64,000 nucleotides of DNA from Mustelus asterias. Lineage: Eukaryota. Below the pieces are notes generated by a model. The model saw nothing but the letters and a program-made list of their open reading frames with translations, was not told where the DNA came from and searched no databases. The translations under genes were made by a program, and so were the position numbers. Below are positions 25,155-37,079 of this stretch, one piece after another. The first letter of the stretch is position 1. Each line of letters starts with the position of its first letter. Location: NCBI RefSeq assembly GCF_964213995.1, contig NC_135816.1:18104001-18168000 (forward strand). Reading direction: 5' to 3'.

Positions 25155-25930
25155 AAATACAAGAGCAGGTCAGAGGCTAGGAATCCTGCAGTGATTAGCT
25201 TACTCCCTGATGCCCCAAAAACTGCCCACTATCTACAAAGTACAATTTTGTCTTTTAAAAAGCATTTAGACAGTTACATGGGTAAGATGGGTATAGAGGG
25301 ATGTGGGCCAAATGCGGGCAATTGGGACGAGCTTCGGAGTTTAAAAAAAGGGCAGCATAGACAAGTTGGGCCGAAGGGCCTGGTTCCATGCTGTAAACCT
25401 CTATGACTCAATGACTCTATGACTCTAAGCCGGAGTGTGATGGAATGCTCTCCATTTGCCTGGATGAGTGCAGCTTCAACAACACTCAAGAAGCTCAAAA
25501 TCATCCAGGACAAAGCAGCCCGTTAGATTGGCACCCCTTCCACAAACATGCACTCTCTCCAACCACCAATGCACATTGGCAGCTGTGTGTACCATTTCCA
25601 AGATGCACCGCAAGAACTCAGCAGGCTTCCTTCGACAGCACTTTTCAAACCCACGACACTATCATCTAGAAGTTCAAAAGTAGCAGATATATGGGCATAC
25701 CATCACCTGGATGTTCCCCTCCGAGCCACTCCCCATCCTGACTTGGAAAGATATCGCCGTTCCTTCACTGTCGCTGGGTCAAAATCCTAAAACTGCCTCT
25801 CTCTAACAGCACAGTGGGTGTACCTACACCACAGAGACTGCAGGTTCAAGAAGGCAGCTCACCACCACCTTCTGAAGGGAAATTAGTGTTGGAGAATAAA
25901 TGCTTGCCCGCATCCCTTGAATGAATTTTA
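25155..25930 (+). mobile_element. Non-LTR retrotransposon 3' end (clade unresolved), interrupted by a CR1 tail at ~25245-25425
   Basis: AGQRLGILQ...IYKVQ | RSVMECSPFAWMSAASTTLKKL..IQDKAARLIG...AAVCTISKMH, ending TGAATGAA. Confidence 0.6.
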
Positions 25931-26213
25931 AAAACCCTGAGGTCACAGTGATTTATTGGGACCTCTTGAGCGAGAGGCTTTTGAAGTATTGCAGTCTCGA
26001 TCAGCTGTAGCAGAATTGGCAGAATGCATGCAGGCACTGCATCACTGAGGGGATATAAGCAACACTGAGTGAAGGGCAGCCAGGGCCAGAGGCACACACT
26101 GACAGGAAGATCAAGAACAACAACAATTTGCTCTGAAGAGGTCTTACAGACTCAAAACGTTAACTCTGCTTCTCTCTGCACAGACGCTGCCAGAGTTTTT
26201 CCAACGTTTTCTG

Positions 26214-26510
26214 TTTTTAAAGTTTAAAGTTTATTTATTAGTCACAAGTAAGGCTTACGTTAACACTGCAATGAGGTTATTGTGAAAATCAGCGAGTCGC
26301 CACACTCCAGCCCCTGTTCGGGTATACTAAGGGAGAATTTAGCATGGCCAATGCACCCTAACCAGCACGTCTTTCGGACTGTGGGAGGAAACCGGAGCAC
26401 CCGGAGGAAACCAACGCAGACACGGGGAGAACATGCAGACTCTGCACAGACCCAAGCCGGGAATCGAACACGGGTCCCTGGCGCTGTGAGGTAGCAGTGC
26501 TAACCACTGT
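26214..26510 (-). mobile_element. V-SINE, second tail type
   Basis: Matches 10084-10398. Confidence 0.85.
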
Positions 26511-27284
26511 TTATTTGCATCTATATAGCAACTTTAGCATAGTAAAACATCCCAAGGTGATTCACAGGGACATTATCATCAACATTTGAAACCAAGTCAC
26601 ATAAGGAAATATTCGCTAAATAAAAGGTTCATCAAAGTGGTAGGATTCAAGGCACATCTTAAAGAGAAGTGGAGAGGTGTTGGGAGGGAATTCCAGAGCT
26701 CTGGGCCCCGGCAGCTGAAGGCACAGCTACCAGTGGAGGAGTGATGGGAATTTGCAAATGGCTGTAACTGAAGGAGCGTGTCGGCTGCTGGAGGTTACAG
26801 AGTTAAAGAAGGTGAGGTCATGGAGGGATTTGCAAATGAGGATCTTAAATTCCTGGAGCAGGAACTGGTGTAGTTTACCAAGAACTGCACTGCTGGATGG
26901 AACTTAGTGTGAGTTAGGTACTTGAAAATGTTGGCATGGATCGAGGGTTTCAACAGCAAATGAGCTGAGGCAGTGGTGGAGATGGGGTGATGTTACTGAG
27001 GTGGATATCGATGGGTCTTGATGATGGGGAGAATATGGAGTCAAGCTCAGTTTTTGGTCGAATAGGACTGAAAGCTTCTGATGCAACAAGACCATCTGTA
27101 ATAGGAAAATATAGATATCACTTTGGATTCAGAAACTAGAATTAAATAGCGTGCTTACTTTGCAGTTTCTAATTCAAAGGATCATGAAACATTAACAGCT
27201 CATTAAACTAGTTTATTGCTCACTTGACATCAGCTTTGATACTGGATAAAAATGCTGCCAATTTCACAGCCCCCTGACCTGGAG

Positions 27285-28185
27285 CAAAGGCTCTCCTAGC
27301 GGCCGCTCCAAGTACTCCAGCCCGAGTATAGCTCGCGGGCTCCCCGAGTGGCAAATTGGTGAATCACAGCCATAGTGCAACCCGCGGGCTCCTCTAGCGG
27401 CCGGATTCTAAATAACAGCCCGGATACGGCCCGCGGGCCCTCCCCTAGCGGCAGATTAGTAAGTTACAGCCTGGGTGCGGCCCGCGGGCTCCCCTTGCGG
27501 CTGATTAATGAATTACCCTGTGTGCGGCCCCGGGCTCTCCCTGTGGTCGGATGGTGAATTACAGGCTGGGTGCAGCCCGCGGGCTCCCCTCTGTGGCCGG
27601 ATGCTGAATGACAGCCTGGGTGCGGCCCGCGGGCTCCCCCTCTGGCCGGATGGTGAATTACAGGCTGGGTGTAGCCCGCGGGCTTCCCCGTGGCCGGTTG
27701 ATGAATGACAGGCTGGGTGTAGCCCGCCGGCTCCCCCTGTGGCCGGATGGTGAATTACAATCTGTATGCGGCCCGCGGGCTCCCCCTGTGGCCAGATGGT
27801 GAATTACAGGCTGGGTGTCGCCCGCGGGCTTCCCCGTGGCCGGTTGATGAATGACAGGCTGGGTGTAGCCCGCGGGCTCCCCCTGTGGCCGGATGGTGAA
27901 TTACAGGCTGGGTGTCGCCCGCGGGCTTCCCCGTGGCCGGTTGATGAATGACAGGCTGGGTGTAGCCCGCCGGCTCCCCCTGTGGCCGGATGGTGAATTA
28001 CACTCTGTATGCGGCCCGCGGGCTCCCCCTGTGGCCAGATGGTGAATTACAGGCTAGGTGCGGCCCGCGGGCTCCCCCTGTGGCCGGATGATGAATGACA
28101 GCCTGGGTGAGGCCCGCGGGCTCCCCCTGTGGCCGGATGATGAATGACAGCCTGGGTGGGGCCCGCGGGCTCCCCCTGTGGTCGG
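27285..28185. repeat. GC-rich minisatellite, ~48-49-bp unit, ~18 copies
   Basis: Consensus is about GGCCCGCGGGCTCCCCCTGTGGCCGGATGGTGAATTACAGGCTGGGTGC. Copies are more divergent at the 5' end. Confidence 0.95.
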
Positions 28186-28460
28186 GCAGATCAGTGTGAG
28201 GGAGCTCGGCGCACGCGCGGAGTGGTGGGCCGGGGCATTGTTGTTGTGGCAGAGCGGGGGACCGGCTGCGGGTCCAGGGAGGCAGCATGACGGTGAGGCA
28301 GGGCCCGGGGTCCGCTGGAGGAACCGCGCGGGTTGCGAGAAGCCGCTCGGGAGGGTGCAGAGGCGGTAGCGGGCTTCCCGGCATCATATCCCGGGGGTCT
28401 GGATAGGCCCCCCCCCCCCGGGACTGGCTATTCGGCCACAGGAGGCGGCATTGACTCAGG
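28186..28460 (+). promoter_or_regulatory. CpG-island promoter / first exon region of ATOX1 with an NRF1-like motif
   Basis: Dense CpG in an otherwise CpG-depleted window. GCGCACGCGC at 28209-28218. No TATA box seen. The region contains the ATG. Confidence 0.7.
28287..28292 (+). CDS. ATOX1: Copper chaperone ATOX1, coding exon 1 (Met-Thr)
   Basis: GGCAGC-ATG-ACG|GTGAGG in the CpG island. A 6-nt coding first exon gives the phase needed for exon 2 and a 68-aa product, as in human ATOX1. Confidence 0.8.
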
Positions 28461-28686
28461 CCTCTCCCCTGCTGCAGACAAGCTGCAGAAAGGTCTGGAA
28501 AAGGCACAGCTGAAGCTGTCGATGTTTCAGGGTCAGAATCCCCTCTGTGAGGCCCACAACAAACAGGCAGCTTTCTGTACAATGGAGACTGAGGCTCGGG
28601 GATTGCTGCAGCCTGGCCCGCGGCTCCCGCTCCCTCAGCCCCTGGCGGTGCTTTCCAGCCCCACTGCACAGACACTACCTGAACTG

Positions 28687-29330
28687 GGCACTGAGGGAGG
28701 AGGGGGCACTGAGGGAGGAGGGGGCACTGAGGGAGGAGGGGGCACTGAGGGAGGAGGGGGCACTGAGGGAGGAGGGGGCCCTGAGGGAGGGGCTGTGGGA
28801 TGGTGAGGGAGGGGCTGGGGGGACGGTGAGGGAGGGGCCGGGGGGACGGTGAGGGAGGGGCCGGGGGGACGGTGAGGGAGGGGCCGGGGGGACGGTGAGG
28901 GAGGGGCCGGGGGGACGGTGAGGGAGGGGCCGGGGGGACGGTGAGGGAGGGGCCGGGGGGACGGTGAGGGAGGGGCCGGGGGGACGGTGAGGGAGGGGCC
29001 GGGGGGACGGTGAGGGAGGGGCCGGGGGGACGGTGAGGGAGGGGCCGGGGGGGACGGTGAGGGAGGGGCCGGGGGGGACGGTGAGGGAGGGGCCGGGGGG
29101 GACGGTGAGGGAGGGGCCGGGGGGGAGGTGAGGGAGGGGCCGGGGGGGCGGTGAGGGAGGGGCCGGGGGGGCGGTGAGGGAGGGACCGGGGGGACGGTGA
29201 GGGAGGGGCCGGGGGACGGTGAGGGAGGGGCCGGGGGACGGTGAGGGAGGGGCCACAGGGAATGGTGAGGGAGGGGCCGGAATTGAGGCAATGGCGAGGG
29301 AGGGGCCGAGGCAATGGCGAGGGAGGGGCA
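28687..29330 (+). repeat. G-rich compound minisatellite in ATOX1 intron 1 (18-bp unit x~5, then 23-bp unit x~20)
   Basis: GGCACTGAGGGAGGAGGG repeats are followed by GACGGTGAGGGAGGGGCCGGGGG repeats. The array runs into Deu-SINE core sequence at ~29325-29450. Confidence 0.95.
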
Positions 29331-29814
29331 GCATTGTTGGCGGTGCTGACTTTCAGATGAGGTTAAACCCAAGCGTACTTGGCTCCCTGGCACTATTTGA
29401 AAAAGAGGAGACTAATTTCTCTGACTATTCAGGTCAATAACCAACATCTAAAAGCACTGATTTGGTCAATTTAATTTCAGTTTTGTCTTATAAACAGCAA
29501 GGTAATTATGACCAGATGATCAGCATTTGTGCTGTAGACCAGGGGATATATAATTCTCAGTAATAGTGGCATGGGATCTTTTACACCGAGCTGAGAAGGC
29601 AGAGGAGGCCTCGATTTAATGTCTCAAGAAGGTGATGGCATTTCCAATCCCTTGTGTTTATATTGCACATTTTAATATAGTGAAACCGGAGCATTATTAA
29701 TTAAAATTTTAACACTGATTCACATAAGGACATATTAAGGCAGACAATCCAAAGCTTTGTCAAAGTGGCAGGTTTTAAGACACTTTTTAAAGGAAGAATG
29801 CGGGAGAGGTGGTG

Positions 29815-29915
29815 GAACCAACAGAGAAAATACTGGAACATCTCAGCAGGTCTGGCAGCATCAGTAAGGAGAGAAAAGAGCTGACGTTTTGAGTCCTGAC
29901 GACCCTTCCTCAAAG
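29815..29915 (-). mobile_element. PLE terminal-repeat fragment within an L2 tail
   Basis: Homologous to 4262-4361. Confidence 0.65.
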
Positions 29916-31164
29916 TTAATTGCTAGTCAAAGCTTGGTTTCAAATTCCAGCTTCCGCAATAATTTGCTTTTCGAGGTGGTGAAGTTTAGGAATGGATTTC
30001 CAGAGCTTACTGCTGAGGCAGCTGAAAGTGCAGCCAGCAATGATGGAGTAATTAACACGGCAACGTACAAGGGGGCAGAATTGGAGGAGTGGTGAGATCT
30101 CGGAGTGTTATACAACTAGAGGGTGTGACATAATGTGAGACCATGGAACAATTTATGAACTGTATCTCTGATTCAATTATACTTTTCATGTGACATTATT
30201 CGATTTTTAAAAAGCAGCTGCGATGACGGTTGAACCCTGTGTCTAAATTGATTTTGAAATTTATTCAGAAATCATCAATTTTTTTCATAAAACCTGCTCT
30301 TTATTCCAAGTTGTCTGATTTGAATGAACTCATTCAACCTTTTGAGCAAAAAGGTTTCATATAAATTACTCTAATTCGTTTTTTTGTATGAAAAACCTTT
30401 TGAATTAAAAGTAGATTGTGTGCTGCATCTGAAGAATAGTTGCTGTGTGACAGAATGTAAGCTCAAAGGAGATGCAGAGTTTTTCAGGTTGGACAAGTTT
30501 GGTATTTAATTTTAGAAAGGGAGTTTTGATCTGGTAGGGGATGGAGATTTTTGGGAGACAGGAAGAGATTAAGTTGAGTGTTAGTGGGGCGTGAAAGTGC
30601 ATTCTTGCGGAAAGTGGGATTAAAGTACAAGTTTAACAACGGTCTGATTGAATGGTGGAGCTGGCTGAAGAGGCTGTCTGACCAGCTCCTATTTCTTACA
30701 ATCATCTTATCTTCTTACGGTCGATTAGATGATCCAAATTATGTAATTTAGAATTAAGAGGAGAATGTAATTCACCTTCTAAAATTTGATTTCAGAATCG
30801 ATTTCACAAGGAATGATGCAGCGGCAACAACGGATAGCTGGCACAAAATGGGGAGGATTGGAGATGTAATATTCCTGAGTATTAAGTTATACAGGAATGA
30901 AAAGGAAGGATAAAAGGAGAAGTAGCAGATTTGAATAGGGACAATACTGCAGTGCTGGAAAAAAATGTCCTTGAGGGGGTCAAAGATCAAATTTATTTGG
31001 TTGGAGTAATGAACAATGAAGGAGCTGTTATGCTACATGTTCTGTTTTATAGTTCACCAAGTAACGGAGATTGAGAGGTGCAAGAACTGGAATAACAACC
31101 ATGCAAAACTATTGTCCCAATAGGGAAGATTGTATTCAGGACAGAATTATGGCGAAGGACAAAA

Positions 31165-31968
31165 GGATTTGATTTATTATTGCCACATATATTAGTATAC
31201 GGTGAAAAGCATTGTTTCTTGCACGCTATACAGACAAAACATGGAGAGGGGAACGCAGATTTCATAGAATCCCTACAGTGCAGAAGGAGGCCATTTGGCT
31301 CATCGATTCTGCACCGACCACAATCCCACTCGGGCCCTATCCCTGTAACCCCACATATTTACCCTACTAATCCCTTGACAAGAGGGTCAATTTAGCATGG
31401 CCAATCAACCTAACCCACACATTTTTGGACAGTGGGAGGAAACTGGAGCACCCGGAGGAAACCCACACAGACACGGGAAGAATGTGCAAACTTCACGCAG
31501 ACAGTGACCTGAGGCCAGAATTGAACCCAGGTCCCTGGCTCTGTGAGGCAGCAGTGCTAACCACTGTGCCATAGTGCAGCCCAACGAGAAAGTGCAGAAT
31601 GTGGTGTTACAGTCATAGCTAGGATATAGAGAAAGATCAATTTAATACGAGGTAGGTCCATTCCAAAAGTCTGACAGCAGCAGGGAAGAAGCTGTTCTTG
31701 AGTTGGTTGGTACGTGACCTCAGACTTTTGTAACTTTTACCCGATGGAAGAGAGAATGTCCGGGGTATGTGGGGTCCTTAATAATGCTGGCTGCTTTGCC
31801 GAGGCAGCGGGAAGTGTAGACAGAGTCAATGGCTGGAAGGCTGGTTTGCGTGATGGATTGGGCTACATTCATGACCTTTTATAGTTCCTTGTGGTCTTGG
31901 GCAGAGCAGGAGCCATACCAAGCTGTGATACAACCAGAAAGAATGCTTTCTATGGTGCATCTGTAAAA
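31165..31968 (-). mobile_element. Rex1/Babar-like LINE 3' end interrupted by an HE1 SINE (31262-31582)
   Basis: Reverse complement matches 55985-56487 (YRCTIESILSGCITAWYG...RLKNSFFP) with an ATCAA-type tail. Confidence 0.8.
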
Positions 31969-32187
31969 GTCTTGTAAAAGAGTAATCTAAAACAGAAGTA
32001 CTTATCCAGGGGAGGGCTAATTTGTAGCCTGGATATATTGGAGTTGAAGATTAGCAGATAGGAATGTAATGAAGCAATGGGCAGGATTTTAAAGAGGGGA
32101 TGGTTTGGTTATTGTCTAGATACATTCTCTCAAGGGTGAAAAGCAGGGCACCAGAAGCTAGAGCTCCCTGGATTGCAAAAGAATTAG

Positions 32188-32314
32188 AGGCTGGAACTTT
32201 ACTGCCCCGCTCGCCACGGGAATTGGAGCAGGCGAGGGGTGAACAATGAGAAGGTCCATTGACCTTGGGCAGATTTTACGATTTCAGGACGAGTGAAGCC
32301 ATAAAATCCTGCCC
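32188..32314. mobile_element. ~130-bp MITE (related copies at ~56605-56735 and ~57100-57230)
   Basis: GGCTGGAACTTTAC...TAAAATCCTGCCC ends. The internal sequence is shared among the three copies. Confidence 0.6.
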
Positions 32315-32329
32315 AGAGAGTGGGATGAA

Positions 32330-34125
32330 GTATAAAAAGTGGGTGTGCGGCAAAGAGAGCCAGCACACAATTAGATTGCAGACTAACATAAAAGGGGAAT
32401 CCCAGGGTCATCTATAGGCACATTACATATTTTAGGCATATTAACAGTAAAAGAGTTGCCAGAGAGATGGTGGCTGATTAAGAATCAAAAAGGAGATTTA
32501 TTGGGAGCGGCAGAAGGCGTGACTGAGGCACTTGGCGTGTACGTTGTATCAGTGTTTCCCAAGGAAGAGGACGTTTGCCAAAGCTCCAGTAAATGAGGAA
32601 GTTGCCGGGATACTGGGTAAAATAAAGCACACAGAAAGGTCGAGGTGGTACCAGAAAGACTGTTGGTGTTTAAAGTGGATCAACCATAAAGTCTGGATGG
32701 GATACTCCTGAGGTAAGTGAGGAATGTAAAGGTAGAGTGTGGTGGGCACCATCTTCCAATCCTGTTTATATGAAAGGACTGGAGCATTGCAAATGTTACA
32801 CCCTTGTTCAAAACAAAGCGAGCAATTACAGGCCAGTCAGATTAAAGTCAGCAATGAGGAAGCCTTTAGAACAATGATCCGTGAGAAAATTAATAACTGC
32901 TTGGCATATTGACTAACAAATGAGAGACAGTGCAGCTTTCTGAAGGACAAATTGCGTTGGACTATCTTGAGTTTTCTTTAAATGAGGTAAGAGGGTGGAC
33001 AAGGGCAGTGGAGTTGATGATGTGGATATGGACTTCGGAAAGGTATTTGATAACATTGCACACGAAAGATGATTAACAAAATTGAAGCCCATTGGATAGA
33101 CGGGGCTGTAGCAGCATGGATACAAAATTGAGTAAAGGATAGATGAATTGCACTTTTTGTTTTGGTCTGGAGACAGTAAACAATGGTGATCCCCAGGGTT
33201 CAAGACTCGACTCTCTGCTGTTTTTGATGTAGCTTAGTGACTTGGGGGTAGACATCATTATTTTGAAATTGGTGGATGAAATGCAACTTGGAAGTATAGT
33301 AACCAGGAAGATACTCATGTGTTTTATGACAACATTGACATTCAGTGGAATACACAGACACATGGCAGATGAAGTTCAATGCAAGGAAGTGTGTTGAAAT
33401 AGATTTTGGTAGGGTGAATGAGGAGAGGTAATGCACACTAAATGGTTCCATTTTAAAGGGGATGCAAGAAGAGACAGATTTGGGGTTACAACTGCACAAA
33501 TCTTTGAAGGTGGCAGCACGGGTTCACAAAGCAGTTGATATATATTACATGCTGGTCTTTATAAATAGAGACATTGGATACAAAGGTTGTGCAAAACCTA
33601 TATTTAAGCAGAAGCACCAGTTTGACTCCGGCTGGTACATTATGTCCAATTTTAGATACCATACTTATGGAGGGACCCAAAAGGTTGTGAGGGGTACAGG
33701 AGATACCAAATAGAATAGTTCCCAGAAAGAGGGATTATAATTCTATGGCTAGACTGAGATGCTGGTGGTGTTCTCCTTGGAGCAGAAAAGGCGAAATGTG
33801 TTTTATTAGAGGTGTTTAAAATCATGGAGGGTTTATCTAGATAGAGTAAATGGAGAAATGGTTTTCAGTGGTTGAGGGATTGATGATGAGAGGACACAGC
33901 TTTGTAGTCATTGTGTAAAAGAACCAGGGAAGATGTTTTACAGGTTTGGAATGCACTGCCTGATGAGACTAATGGATATAGATTTGATTGTAAACTTCCA
34001 GTAGGGAACTGAATAGATACTTGAAGGAAAAATGAAATTGCATAGGTATGAGGAAAGAGGGACTCTTAAAGAACTGCATACTGCATGTGACAAATGGCCT
34101 TCTTTAGTGCTTTACTACGATTCAA
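32330..34125 (+). mobile_element. Old, heavily decayed CR1 LINE in ATOX1 intron 1
   Basis: Remnants ANVTPLFK..NYRPV, YMDFGKVFD, EETDLGLQLHKSLKV and a CR1 3' UTR. Confidence 0.75.
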
Positions 34126-34636
34126 TGTTGATCCCCTTCAGGCTCGCTAGTGTTTTGTGTACATGAAACCACATATTTTGTTTAATGTTCTTATCTCGTG
34201 CATAATTTGAGAGTTAATGAGGCAAAAAGATTCCAACAACAATTTGTATTTCCATAGAATCTTTAACATCCCAAGGTGCTCAACGGGAGCATTGTAATAC
34301 AAAATTTGACATGGAGCTACATATTAGGACAGATGGCCAGAAGCTTGGTTAAATACGTATGTTGTAATAAGTGTTTTAAAGGAGGGAAGAGGAATCGAGA
34401 TGCAGAGTTAGTAAGTTGAGGAATTCCAGAATTTAGGGTCTAGGCCAACAATGACGGAGCGATTAAAATTGGGGTATTCAAGGGACCCGAATTGGAGGAA
34501 CGCACATATATCTTGAGCATTGTAGGGCTGGAGGAAATTATAGTGAGCATGAGGGGCATGGCCATGGCTACATTTGAAAATAAGGATGAGGATTTAAAAA
34601 TGAGAATTTTTCAATAATTTTAAGTATCTTTTGCAG

Positions 34637-34712
34637 AAACACGAGTTCTTTGTTGATATGACCTGTGAAGGCTGCTCTAACGCTGTGGCCAGAGTGCTGA
34701 ACAAACTCGGAG
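34637..34712 (+). CDS. ATOX1: ATOX1 coding exon 2 (KHEFFVDMTCEGCSNAVARVLNKLG)
   Basis: TTTTGCAG acceptor, G|GTGAGT donor, 76 nt. Carries the MxCxxC copper-binding motif and is collinear with human KHEFSVDMTCGGCAEAVSRVLNKLG. Confidence 0.97.
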
Positions 34713-37079
34713 GTGAGTGTTAACGTTTTGTATGAGAGCTTCTCTGATTTTGCTCTCCCTCCCACGTTTTACTCAAACTAATAGGAAATTAAACAGGTGT
34801 TCAAAATGACTGCACTTTGTAACTTTATTTTCTGGTCTTCTTTATAGTCAAGATATGAGGAAGGCCATTTGACCCATTTTAATTCATCCATCCTGCTTGA
34901 CCTCAAAGTCTCTCCAACTATAGCAACCATTCTTTAAAGATTCCAATATTTTTACTTCCAGTTTAATCAGTCACTGGTTCTTAACATGAGGAAGACATTG
35001 TAATATCAGAATGATCTTTTACCAGTTTGAGTCTGTAGTCCCCAGTTCTACTCTTGGAATTTAATTTTCCAGATTTACTTTTTATTGTTTGTGCGGTTGC
35101 CTCTTGAGATGTTTCTTTTCAGGGCTGGAAGAAACAATGTTTTCATAATTCAAGCCTCTTAACAATAGGGATGAGGGTTAGCCTTCCTGCACTGCCTCCA
35201 GGCATCGAATGCTTGATGTTTTATCTCAGCTTCTCTTTCACACCCTATCTCCCTGTCCCTTGCTTCCCTGATGGCCAAAGATCTATCAGCCACTGTCTTG
35301 AATTAAGACAGTAACTGAGTAACCGTAGCCCTCTGGTGTAGCAAATACCAAAGATTCACAATCCTTTGAGTTAAGATGTTTCTACTCGTTCTTACATAGC
35401 TGTTTCTTTATCGTAATAGCATGATCCCTAGTTCAAGATCTCCAGACAGGAAAATAATCTCTCTTCATCTAAAACAACGTCTTGGCATCTAAAACATTGT
35501 GACAAAGGCGAGCGAAATAAACATGTTAAGCTTTTGTTCGCTTCCATAGGCAAGGTAATAGGCCGAGATGTCAAAGGGCAAAGTGTCAGTGGACTAACTG
35601 AACTATTGATTGAGCTGGAAGTGCAAAGAGCATGGCTGCACTGATGTGGAGGGTCAGTGAATATGAAAACATTGACAAAAGCTTTACCGAAATTATCTGT
35701 GTGGATAAATGTGTGTGTGTGTTTCTGGCTAAGAGCCTAGTTTGAAAAAAATCTCACAAGCAGACCTTTGTTTCCAGCTAGTAATTGCTAACTGCAAAGG
35801 ATTTGATGGTTGAAGAAAGCTTTACTAGTTCTGATATCCGTTGTCCTTGAATGCTGTGCAGGAGGCAGGTGAAAGGATGTAGCTGGGAAATGGATGACTT
35901 TGGCCCCACGATCAAGAATGACTCTGGGGATTGTGAGGAACTGAAAGATTGACCTTTTGTTAGCTAATTTCATTTTGGTTCAGTGATAACAGTCCTCCCT
36001 CTGAGAGAGTCTGGATTTAAGAGCCTTGCCCTTTTTCAGCAGCCAAGGGCACAGAGGTCGATTGTGGTGCCTCCATTGTCAGCCTCATTGAGTTTGCCTT
36101 TCATCATCACTCTTATCAAAAACTCTGCTGCCTGTATTGTAACTCGCATCGAGTATTGTTCATCTGTCACCCCTCACTTGCTGACCTACATGGGCTGTCA
36201 ATGTGGCAGTGCCTAGATTTAAAAATTCTCAATCCTTCCCGACCTTGCCCCTCTTTATTTCCGTTTATCTTCCAAGATTTTTCTGTTTCTCCAATTCTGA
36301 CCACTTGCTCATCCCTGGTATTTATCACTTATTGGTGTTTCTGCCATCATTGCCTTGGACCTGGTCTCTGGAATTCCTTCTCTAAGCCCCTTTGCTCCTC
36401 TGGCTTTTAAGACACTTTTTAAAACTTACTGCTTGAATCAACCTTTTGATCAGCTAATATCTCTTGCGGTTCATTGTCAATGTTTGTTTGATAACACTTC
36501 AATGCAATGCTTTGTAAATGCAAGTTATTTAGTCAGCTCAGACCAGGCTATGGTGGAGTGTCACACTGAAAAATACAATTATCCTCGAGCCTTTAAGAAA
36601 ACCCAAATAGGTTTCTACTAAATAGCAATGCATTTTACTTTTGTTGTTGTGCCTGTCTTGTGCTTAATTCTTTTAATATTCTTTTGGACCAGTTTAAGTC
36701 CTTCATTGCTCTTTAATGTTGAAAATGCTGAAGGCAGTCAGTTATAAAAATAATTATCTCAGATTTAAGTTGCAGAACTATTTGCCACTTATCAGGTACA
36801 AGGTTCAATCATGTGATGGAGCCTGTCTATAGTGCGGTGTCATTACCAAAGTGTATTAATTTTTTAAAAAAGGGGTCGGTGGGAATGGGGATGAGTATTT
36901 GAGCCTCTAATGGATCAATCTTCACATGTGAATCCACACACTGACTACCATCCAGTCATTGGGCACAATCTTCATACAAAGATGAAACACACAGAGTCAG
37001 AGGAGCAGGAGTTTCTCCTCCTTCACTCAAGGTTTAACATAGGCCAGTAATTGAAGTCCCTGGTCTATATATCATTGTA

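Noticed and set aside
1-28000. G3BP1, the upstream neighbour of ATOX1 in human
   Set aside because: No exon resembling its N-terminus was recognised. The CpG-containing 12780-13285 region fits an LTR/leader better.
27285-28185. CRISPR-like array of palindromic repeats
   Set aside because: Units are contiguous tandem copies with no unique spacers, there are no cas genes, and the context is vertebrate.
27568-28359. Metal-response element cores TGCACCC on the minus strand at 27568-27574 and 28353-28359
   Set aside because: Seven-base matches are expected by chance in GC-rich DNA, and the other repeat units do not keep the motif.
28333-28806. 157-aa ORF after ATOX1 exon 1
   Set aside because: It has a non-ATG start, runs into the 18-bp repeat, shows no recognisable domain and lies in intron 1.
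27998-29393. Long proline-rich ORFs (438, 252 and 219 aa) on the minus strand
   Set aside because: They are open in several frames only because the C-rich minisatellite strand lacks stop codons.
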